64,000 nt of DNA from Chamaesiphon sp. (GTDB taxonomy: Bacteria > Cyanobacteriota > Cyanobacteriia > Cyanobacteriales > Chamaesiphonaceae). The stretch lies in the NCBI GenBank assembly GCA_965246715.1, contig CBDFFH010000055.1, forward strand, positions 32,001 to 96,000, written 5' to 3'. The notes beneath the pieces were generated by a model. That model did no database searches. It saw only the letters and a program-made list of their open reading frames with translations, and was not told the origin of the DNA. Positions within the stretch are counted from its first letter, which is position 1. Every line of letters starts with the position of its first letter. Positions 56,385 through 64,000 of this stretch are shown here, piece after piece. A program made the translations under genes and the position numbers.

Positions 56385-56792
56385 TCAACCGATCGGCGTT
56401 AAATTAGTACTGGGAATTGCTAAACTTACTAAATGTTCGATTTGGCGAAGGCTCTGATCCCCAGCGAGATAGCCAATGCCGCGATGTAAATGCAGCCGAA
56501 ATTGCTGAGATAAAATTTCTGGGGTAGTACCCAAACCATCCCGCTCGCAGCGTTGCTTGAGCGCAAGGCTCAAAATATCCGCAAGCTCGCCACCAAATAC
56601 GCGCCAAGTCATCTCCAAATTACTATCAGCCGGAATCGGGATGACAGATGGGGGTGCGGGTTCGGCTAACGATCGACACAATGCCCAGCGACACAGAATA
56701 TTCCACTGGTCGATTTTAGTGGTGCGTTTGAGCTTGACGAGTTGGTCTTTGGCTGTTTGTGACAGTTTAATGTTATTAACAGGTGCTTCCAT
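56385..56792 (-). CDS. dndE: DNA sulfur modification protein DndE
   Basis: IKLSQTAKDQLVKLKRTTKIDQWNILCRWALCRSL...EMTWRVFGG...QFRLHLHRGIGYL. Confidence 0.88.
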   Translation of the reverse strand: MEAPVNNIKLSQTAKDQLVKLKRTTKIDQWNILCRWALCRSLAEPAPPSVIPIPADSNLEMTWRVFGGELADILSLALKQRCERDGLGTTPEILSQQFRLHLHRGIGYLAGDQSLRQIEHLVSLAIPSTNLTPIG

Positions 56793-56967
56793 AATATAGT
56801 TATTTGTTATTCGTCTACTCCGAACGGCTGCCCACACTTACTACTATTTTGCTTACTCTCCCGCACTCTTATTCCTCTCTGTGGGGTGCCCCACGATCGG
56901 CAGGATGCGCGGAGCATCAGGATGAGTTCCTGAGTTCCAGGTTTGCTATCCCCTATTCCCTAATCTT

Positions 56968-57993
56968 ATGTCTACCGTTCAACGTAAAGCCGAACACATT
57001 CGGATCTGTTTAGAATCAGATGTCCAGTTTCAGACTCAGCGGAGTGGTTTCGATAGCTATCAGTTTACCCATAGTTGTCTGCCCGAACTAGACTACCAGG
57101 AGATCGATATTACTACCAAGTTACTCGGCAAGCAGCTGGGCGCGCCAATTTTGATTTCCTCAATGACTGGGGGCACAGCGCAAGCTAGAGCGATCAATCA
57201 TCGCCTGGCGGAAGTAGCCCAGACTTACAAACTGGCAATGGGAGTCGGCTCCCAGCGAGTAGCCATCGAACGTCCCGATGTAGCCGATACTTTTCAAGTT
57301 CGCCAGATCGCGCCAGACATTTTATTATTAGCCAACCTCGGTGCCGTACAACTTAATTACAAATATGGGATCGAGCAGTGTCGGCGTGCGGTAGATTTGC
57401 TCGAAGCTGACGCTTTGATCTTACATCTCAATCCGCTGCAAGAGTGCATCCAGCCTCAAGGTGATACTAATTTTAAGGGATTGCTCGATCGGATTGCGAT
57501 GGTTTGCGAGCAGTTACCCGTCCCAGTGATCGTCAAGGAAGTCGGGAATGGGATTTCCGCATCGATGGCAAAACAATTAATCGCAGCAGGAGTCGGTGGT
57601 ATCGACGTTGCAGGGGCTGGTGGTACTTCCTGGGCAAAGGTCGAGAGCGAACGCGCTCAGACAGCCCTACAGCGGCGGCTGGGTGAAACTTTTGCTGACT
57701 GGGGGATTCCAACTGCCGAGTGTATCGTAGCAATTGGGCAGATCGCCCCAACTTTACCTTCGATCGCTTCAGGAGGATTGCGGAATGGCTTGGATATCGC
57801 CAAAGCGATCGCGCTGGGAGCCAACGTCGGCGGTTTAGCATTACCGTTTTTGCAAGCTGCGGATATTTCTACCGCAGCGGTAGATGAGTTGGCGCAAATT
57901 TTGATGGCAGAAATCCGCACAGTGCTATTTTGTACGGGAAATGTTAATTTAACAGCGTTAAGTCAAGCTAATTGTCTCCAGCGGTTGCGGTAG
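56968..57993 (+). CDS. fni: Type 2 isopentenyl-diphosphate delta-isomerase
   Basis: RKAEHI, ISSMTGG, GVGSQR, HLNPLQE, KEVGNG, GAGGTSW. Confidence 0.96.
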   Translation: MSTVQRKAEHIRICLESDVQFQTQRSGFDSYQFTHSCLPELDYQEIDITTKLLGKQLGAPILISSMTGGTAQARAINHRLAEVAQTYKLAMGVGSQRVAIERPDVADTFQVRQIAPDILLLANLGAVQLNYKYGIEQCRRAVDLLEADALILHLNPLQECIQPQGDTNFKGLLDRIAMVCEQLPVPVIVKEVGNGISASMAKQLIAAGVGGIDVAGAGGTSWAKVESERAQTALQRRLGETFADWGIPTAECIVAIGQIAPTLPSIASGGLRNGLDIAKAIALGANVGGLALPFLQAADISTAAVDELAQILMAEIRTVLFCTGNVNLTALSQANCLQRLR

Positions 57994-58216
57994 CTTTAGG
58001 AGATCGCCAATAACGAGTAGGATCGAGAGCTAAATTTGGGCATAATTAAGAATATTACTCCCAATCTAATCGATTGGTTCCGATCTCGGAAGCCAGCTTG
58101 TTGTTAGATATGTTACCAGTAAGTTGTAACTAGCAAGCTCGGAATTCAGTAGTAACATTGCTCGCTCTTTAAATCGCAAACTTCCGAATACTCCTCACAC
58201 TTTCTCCAGCTGCTTT

Positions 58217-60025
58217 ATGCGTCAATTTATCAAACAAACTTTAGCTAGTACCATCGGCAGTCTACTGAGTTTGACTTTGTTTTCCGCAATCTCCCTGACT
58301 TTATTTCTCACGATAATTGGGGCGATAATTAATAGTGCGACCGATAACGATCCAGTGGCGATCGCCGATAAAACAGTCTTAACGATCGATTTATCCCGAT
58401 CGATTGTCGATCTCGATCCTGGTAAAACATTGCAAGAAGCGATTGCTGGTGAAGCCAATCGCACGACCGAATTGAAGTCGGCACTCAATGCGATCGATGC
58501 CGCAGCTCAAGACAAACATATCGTGGCGATTTATCTAAATGGCAGTAATGGCAAACTCAGCGGTACTGGGTTTGCGACGCTCAAGGAAGTCCGCAATGCA
58601 TTGGAACGCTTTCGAGCTACTGGCAAAAAAATTATTGCCTACAATGTCGATATGGATAAGCGCGATTATTATCTGTCATCGGTTGCCGATCGAATTTTAA
58701 TCAATCCGATGGGTTCTGTCGATATCAATGGCTTTCGATCGGAGACGATGTTTTTTAAAAATGCTTTTAATAAATATGGTGTCGGTGTAGAAGTCGTCCG
58801 GGTCGGTAAATACAAATCTTTTGGTGAAACTTGGTCGTTAGATAAATTTAGCCCTGCGGCTCGCCAAGAAACTCAACAGTTATTAGATAACTTGTGGGGT
58901 GATTTTAAATCAGTTATTGGTAAAAGTCGTAAGATCGCACCAGAGGCAATCCAAAAAATCGCTGACGATCGTGGTATTTTGACTGCCGCCCAGTCTATTA
59001 AAACTAGCCTGATCGATCGAGCGGTTTATCCCGATGAAGTATTAGTCGAGCTTAAGAAAATTAGTGCTGAAGATGCTAAAGATAAAACTTCATTTCGCCA
59101 GATCGGTATCGATGATTATGCAGAAATAGCAAATAAAGCTCAAAAAACCTCCAGCCGTAAAATTGCCGTCCTTTACGCTCAAGGTAATATTGTTAACGGT
59201 GAAGGTGCCCCCGGCCAAATTGGGGGCGATAGCTTTGCACGGCAACTGCGAGAGCTGCGTGCCGACAAAAATACTAAAGCAGTTGTATTGCGAGTGAATA
59301 GCCCTGGTGGCAGCGCACTAGCTTCCGATATCATCCAACGCGAAGTGCGGTTATTACAAAAAGAAAAGCCTGTTGTAATTTCGATGGGCGATGTCGCAGC
59401 TTCTGGCGGTTATTGGATTTCCACTTATTCTAATAGAATCTTTGCCGAGCCGAATACGATTACCGGATCGATCGGCGTAATTGGGATTAATTTTAATTAT
59501 CAGAAACTAGCTAATAATAATGGCATTACTTGGGATGTCGTCAAAACATCAAAATTAGCCGACAGTACCACCGTTGCGCGGCCGCGTACGCCGCAAGAAT
59601 TAGCAATCTCGCAACAAATAGTCGATGATATTTATGATGATTTCCTAAATAAAGTATCAGAATCGCGGAAACTACCCAAACAAAAAGTTGCCGAAATCGC
59701 CCAAGGACGAGTGTGGTCGGGTACTGATGCAAAAAAAATTGGTTTGGTAGACGAGCTGGGCGGACTCAATGAGGCGATCTCCTATGCCGCCCAAACAGCT
59801 AAGCTAGATAAAGATTGGCAGTTAGAAGAATATCCAGTAATTGAAGGCTGGGAAGAAAAATTACTCAAGCAATTTGCCGGTAGTAAAGAAGCTCATCTCG
59901 CCCAAAGTCAAGATCCATTGTCAGCAGAATTACTCAAACTAAAATCCGAACTCAGTATTTTAAAAAGCTTTAACGATCCGCACAATGTCTATGTCCGGTT
60001 ACCATTTAACTTCAAATTAGACTAG
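58217..60025 (+). CDS. sppA: Signal peptide peptidase SppA (67K type)
   Basis: RVGKYKS, LRVNSPGGS, SMGDVAASGGYW, TGSIGV, GRVWSG. Confidence 0.96.
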   Translation: MRQFIKQTLASTIGSLLSLTLFSAISLTLFLTIIGAIINSATDNDPVAIADKTVLTIDLSRSIVDLDPGKTLQEAIAGEANRTTELKSALNAIDAAAQDKHIVAIYLNGSNGKLSGTGFATLKEVRNALERFRATGKKIIAYNVDMDKRDYYLSSVADRILINPMGSVDINGFRSETMFFKNAFNKYGVGVEVVRVGKYKSFGETWSLDKFSPAARQETQQLLDNLWGDFKSVIGKSRKIAPEAIQKIADDRGILTAAQSIKTSLIDRAVYPDEVLVELKKISAEDAKDKTSFRQIGIDDYAEIANKAQKTSSRKIAVLYAQGNIVNGEGAPGQIGGDSFARQLRELRADKNTKAVVLRVNSPGGSALASDIIQREVRLLQKEKPVVISMGDVAASGGYWISTYSNRIFAEPNTITGSIGVIGINFNYQKLANNNGITWDVVKTSKLADSTTVARPRTPQELAISQQIVDDIYDDFLNKVSESRKLPKQKVAEIAQGRVWSGTDAKKIGLVDELGGLNEAISYAAQTAKLDKDWQLEEYPVIEGWEEKLLKQFAGSKEAHLAQSQDPLSAELLKLKSELSILKSFNDPHNVYVRLPFNFKLD

Positions 60026-60035
60026 CACAATCTGC

Positions 60036-60180
60036 GGCATTGCCAACTCTGAGGATGAAATTATCGGGGTAATCACAAGGCTTACCTTAAGATGATGATT
60101 TCAAAGGTGTGCCACACGGATTATTTGCGACGCACAAGGAGCGCTTAACCACCGATCTATTAACGTTCTTGAAACAGTAA
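60036..60180 (+). pseudogene. Relic C-terminus of an alpha/beta hydrolase (non-heme haloperoxidase/arylesterase type)
   Basis: 60091-60180 reads DDDFKGVPHGLFATHKERLTTDLLTFLKQ*; an out-of-frame GIANSE lies upstream; no start. Confidence 0.55.
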
Positions 60181-60309
60181 GCTAACGCACTACATTATCG
60201 CGATCGGGGTGTTAGAATGCGGTCGAGATCTATCGATCGACAGATTTGCGCTGCTGAAAATTTACGCTAGGATGCGCGAGTAACCCCCTACCCAGTGATA
60301 TAGCCAAAA

Positions 60310-62589
60310 ATGGATACCAACCCACCAGCCAAGCCTCCCTTTCATGAAACTAATGAGGATACGCCCGAAATCGGTGGTGGATTACCGGTAATCGAGTATT
60401 GGGCAGAGCATACCATCGCCCCAGAAGGGCCGAAGATCTGGAAAACATTGTTTCATCACAGTGCCTGTCTGTCTTGCTCGTGGGGCACAGGGGGACAAAA
60501 GGGTGGTTTTACGAATGAAGAAGGCGAAAAGCTGCAACGCTGTATGAAAAGCGTTGAGGCAATTACCGCCGAAATTCAGCCGCCAGTATCCAGGCAATTT
60601 TTCGATACCAATCCGATCGCGAGATTACAACAATTATCTTCGTATGAAGCCGATCGGTTGGGGCGGTGGAGCTATCCAGTCATCATGCGGGCGGGGAGTT
60701 CGCATTACGAGCGGATTTCCTGGGATGAGATCTATGCGATCGCAACTGCGGCATTTCAGAAACCAGCAGAGCGAGTAGCGTCATATAGTTCGGGGCGTGG
60801 CTCTAATGAAGCCGCATTTTTGCTGCAATTAATGATGCGTACGCTCGGTTCTAATAATTTGGCAGATTGTTCGGATTTATGTCACGCACCTTCGACAACG
60901 GCACTCGATGGGATGTTTGGGACGAAAACCTCGATCGTCAGTCTGGAAAGTCTGAAGGAAGCTGATTGTGTCGTGTTAGCGGGAGCGCATTCGGCATCAA
61001 ATCACCCCCGCTTGATGAATGAATTGATCAAAATTCGGGATAAAGGTGGCAAAATCATCGTTATCAATCCCGTGATGGAAATTGGGTTGGTGAAATTTGG
61101 TTCGCCCGCCTTCCCTGTCAAATCATTGGTACCGGGGTCGAAAATTGCCGACCTTTACCTGCAACCAATTCCTGGTAGCGATGTCGCATTATTTATCGGG
61201 ATTCAAAAGGCATTACTCGAACAGGGACATGTCGATCGAGACTTCTTGCAAGCGCATACTGAAGACTGGGAAGCAGTGCTAGAACAGGCACGATCGATGT
61301 CTTGGGAGACGATCGTTGCTACCTGTGGCGTATCCAAATTAGACATCGAAACCGCCGCCCGGATCATCGGGAAAGCCAAAGGCGTAGTCTTCGGCTGGGC
61401 CATGGGTCTGACCCAACATACTAACGGTGTCGATAATGTCTATAGTATCGTCAACACCGCTCTTATCAGTGGCAATGTTGGAAAAATGGGCGCTGGCGTG
61501 ATGCCAGTACGTGGACATTCCAACGTCCAAGGCTTTGGCTCGATGGGAGTCACAGTGAAGCTAAAAGCCGAGATTAAAGAGGCATTGGAGCGGCTGTTAG
61601 GGCGTTCGCTCGCATTACCAGAGGGGTATCATACCCGCGACCTGATCGAAGCCGCCGAAGCGGGGAAGGTCGATAGTCTGATTTGCGTTGGCGGCAATCT
61701 GTATGGAGCCAATCCCGATTCCGGTCAAGCAAAACGTGCATTAGCGCAGATCGATACGATTATCTACCTCGCCACCAAACCAAACATCGGTCACTTCAAT
61801 GGCTTGGCAAAAACTAATACGATCGTCATTCCCGTCCTCAATCGGTTTGAAAATCCCTTTAAAACCACCGTCGAATCGGGCAATAACTTCGTGCGGTTTA
61901 ATGATAAAGGTGAAACTCACCTCAAAGATAGCGATTTAATCACCGAGATCGAATTTTTGACCCAACTGGCACATCGCCTACTGGGGAACACCCCGATCGA
62001 TTGGCGCAAATTAGGCGATCCGCGCTACGTCCGCGAACTCATCGCCCGCACCATCCCAGGTTATGAAAAAATTGGATCGATCGACGAAACCAACGAAGAA
62101 TTTACCATCTCTGGGCGAATCTTGACCGCACCCTACTTCAAAACACCATCGGGCAAGGCAAAGATGTACACGACACCATTGCCGAACTTGACTCTCCCCA
62201 CCGCGACAGACTTTGGCATCGACGCAAATACTAAGAGTATCGTGCTGGCGCTGATGACCGGACGGAGCTATTCGCAACACAATACCGTCGTTTACAAAAT
62301 TGGCGACCAGTATCGCGGCATGCCACATCGTAACTGTATTTTGATGAACCGGATCGATGCTGAAAAGATCGGTTTAGCAGAACACGATCGTGTGACGGTA
62401 CAAGGCGATGCGGACAAATTAGTTAATGTCGAAGTCATCTATGGTGCCGTGCGGGAAGGGGCAGCACTGATGTTCTATCCTGAAGTAAATGTTATCTTCA
62501 CGGCACAAACGGAAAAGCGCTCGGGTACGCCAGCTTATAAGCGGGTGCCTGTGGTAGTTTATAGCGACAAGCAAGCTGTCATGGCTTGA
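60310..62589 (+). CDS. FdhF/YdeP family molybdopterin oxidoreductase
   Basis: CLSCSWG, NNLADCSDLCH, PVRGHSNVQG, LMTGRSYSQHNTVVY. Confidence 0.92.
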   Translation: MDTNPPAKPPFHETNEDTPEIGGGLPVIEYWAEHTIAPEGPKIWKTLFHHSACLSCSWGTGGQKGGFTNEEGEKLQRCMKSVEAITAEIQPPVSRQFFDTNPIARLQQLSSYEADRLGRWSYPVIMRAGSSHYERISWDEIYAIATAAFQKPAERVASYSSGRGSNEAAFLLQLMMRTLGSNNLADCSDLCHAPSTTALDGMFGTKTSIVSLESLKEADCVVLAGAHSASNHPRLMNELIKIRDKGGKIIVINPVMEIGLVKFGSPAFPVKSLVPGSKIADLYLQPIPGSDVALFIGIQKALLEQGHVDRDFLQAHTEDWEAVLEQARSMSWETIVATCGVSKLDIETAARIIGKAKGVVFGWAMGLTQHTNGVDNVYSIVNTALISGNVGKMGAGVMPVRGHSNVQGFGSMGVTVKLKAEIKEALERLLGRSLALPEGYHTRDLIEAAEAGKVDSLICVGGNLYGANPDSGQAKRALAQIDTIIYLATKPNIGHFNGLAKTNTIVIPVLNRFENPFKTTVESGNNFVRFNDKGETHLKDSDLITEIEFLTQLAHRLLGNTPIDWRKLGDPRYVRELIARTIPGYEKIGSIDETNEEFTISGRILTAPYFKTPSGKAKMYTTPLPNLTLPTATDFGIDANTKSIVLALMTGRSYSQHNTVVYKIGDQYRGMPHRNCILMNRIDAEKIGLAEHDRVTVQGDADKLVNVEVIYGAVREGAALMFYPEVNVIFTAQTEKRSGTPAYKRVPVVVYSDKQAVMA

Positions 62590-62704
62590 CGATCGAATGA
62601 CCCGACAATTGACGGAGCGAAAACGGCGTTGCTAAATTGCGGGATGAATCGCCTCTTCCCTAAATTTCCTGAGATGGCGGCGGTTGGTCAAGATAAAAAC
62701 AATA

Positions 62705-63316
62705 TCAACTTAAGTTACCGACTTTCGCTGGAATTGACATCAGGAAATTCCGCAGTAACTGCTTGCCAGAATTAGTTAAAATACTTTCAGGATGAAATTG
62801 TACCCCTTCAACATGCGGATAATCGCGATGGCGCACGCCCATAATCGTGCCATCTTCGACCCAGGCATTGATTTCCAAACAATTGGGGAATGTGGCTCGA
62901 TCGATAACGAGACTATGATAGCGAGTAGCTGTAAACGGATTGTCTAAACCCTGAAATACTCCCGTACCATTGTGGTAAATTTCCGAAGTTTTACCGTGCA
63001 TTAATAGCGGTGCGGCAATGACATCGCCACCAAATACTTGACCGATACTTTGATGTCCCAAGCATACCCCTAAAATTGGGTACTCAACACCCAATTCTCT
63101 AATTATCGACAGTGTAATCCCGGCATCTTCAGGGCGACCGGGGCCAGGAGAAATCAAGATCCCATCGGGACGAAGCTCGACGATCTCTGCTAGGGTAATT
63201 TTGTCGTTGCGATAAACGCGGATATCTGCGGCGACGGGTAATTCCCGTCCGAGTTCGCCCAAATATTGGACGAGATTGTAAGTAAAACTGTCGTAATTAT
63301 CGATAACTAAAATCAT
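62705..63316 (-). CDS. Anthranilate/aminodeoxychorismate synthase component II (TrpG/PabA)
   Basis: [36 protein letters not shown]. Confidence 0.96.
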   Translation of the reverse strand: MILVIDNYDSFTYNLVQYLGELGRELPVAADIRVYRNDKITLAEIVELRPDGILISPGPGRPEDAGITLSIIRELGVEYPILGVCLGHQSIGQVFGGDVIAAPLLMHGKTSEIYHNGTGVFQGLDNPFTATRYHSLVIDRATFPNCLEINAWVEDGTIMGVRHRDYPHVEGVQFHPESILTNSGKQLLRNFLMSIPAKVGNLS

Positions 63317-63436
63317 TTGCCACACCATCCCGACTCGTCTCCAGTGTAACAGGATTGTCGAGCCAACGAGTAATCGAGATGGTTGGGTATTTCCTACAAT
63401 TCATGGATGAGTGGGTATAAGAAATCGACTCTTTGT

Positions 63437-63946
63437 CTAACCACCAAAACCAAAATGGCTCAAAAATAACATCGCTTTGGGGGCGATGAGACAGAAACCG
63501 ACGAGTACCGAAGCAAAAGCCGAAATTAGTACGGCTCCTGCTGCACAGTCTTTGGCGATCTTTGCCAACTCGTGATAGGTTTGTTGGACGGTCAAATCGA
63601 CAACCGACTCGATCGCGGTATTTAATAATTCTAGAGTCAAAACTAATCCGCTAGTAATACAAATTACGGCCATTTCCACGCCAGTAAGTTGTAAAAGAGC
63701 ACCGATAGTAATCGCTAGAGTGCCCATGATGCAGTGAATCCGGAAGTTACGTTGCGTGTTAAACGCATAGGTCACACCCGCAGCAGCGTATTTGAAACTC
63801 ACGCCAATACTCGTTGCTACTTGCCAAGCTTGAGCGCGATGTTGAGGATTGCGTTCCAATTGTGGCATCAACGGACTTGATATTTTGCCAGTCATATTTG
63901 GTTGACGACTCTTAATATTGGGAGATTCGTTTAGTTTAGTCTGCAT
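63437..63946 (-). CDS. dgkA: Diacylglycerol kinase family protein (DgkA)
   Basis: SFKYAAAG, QRNFRIH, LELLNTAIESVVDL, AKIAKDCAAGAVL; start uncertain. Confidence 0.9.
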   Translation of the reverse strand: MQTKLNESPNIKSRQPNMTGKISSPLMPQLERNPQHRAQAWQVATSIGVSFKYAAAGVTYAFNTQRNFRIHCIMGTLAITIGALLQLTGVEMAVICITSGLVLTLELLNTAIESVVDLTVQQTYHELAKIAKDCAAGAVLISAFASVLVGFCLIAPKAMLFLSHFGFGG

Positions 63947-64000
63947 ACACAGTTTATTCCTACAGGAAAAACAATTATTTATTGGCTGGGCAGCTCACAC

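Noticed and set aside
63978..64000. 3' end of an upstream gene (ybeY expected by synteny)
   Set aside because: Too little sequence to identify.

Overview
Chromosomal window from a cyanobacterium. It carries cpcBA/cpcE, and CGATCG/HIP1 (GCGATCGC) is extremely dense. That style is reminiscent of Chamaesiphon, but the taxon is inferred, not proven. The backbone is housekeeping: a sensor kinase, RmlD-like SDR, pgm/pmm, cpcBA-cpcE, secA, ppc, pilMNOQ, hup, cobD, ssb, mreBCD, tRNA-Val(TAC), fni, sppA, FdhF/YdeP, trpG/pabA and dgkA. Accessory highlights: (1) An 11.6-kb gene for a giant RTX/Calx-beta exoprotein whose repeated beta-sandwich domains carry a length- and sequence-hypervariable Tyr/Ser/Gly-rich loop at one fixed position (CDR3-like). 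It sits head-to-head with an HTH-NB-ARC-WD40 (STAND/NLR-like) gene, and AAAAAGTC repeats lie in the shared promoter; this is the best candidate for an undescribed system. (2) A 4.4-kb LysR-regulated redox/hydrolase cassette bracketed by a 271-bp duplication of a host gene 3' end, with no integrase and two +1 T frameshifts. (3) 24-nt mini-elements inserted exactly into CG^ATCG, one of them in frame inside the giant gene, plus a domain fusion at a HIP1 site. (4) REP/REPIN-like repeats, a frameshifted NACHT-less HEAT gene, an orphan dndE, an unannotated 46-aa membrane ORF and a hydrolase relic. No CRISPR array, transposase, integrase, reverse transcriptase or rRNA was seen. All family assignments come from motif recognition, not database searches.
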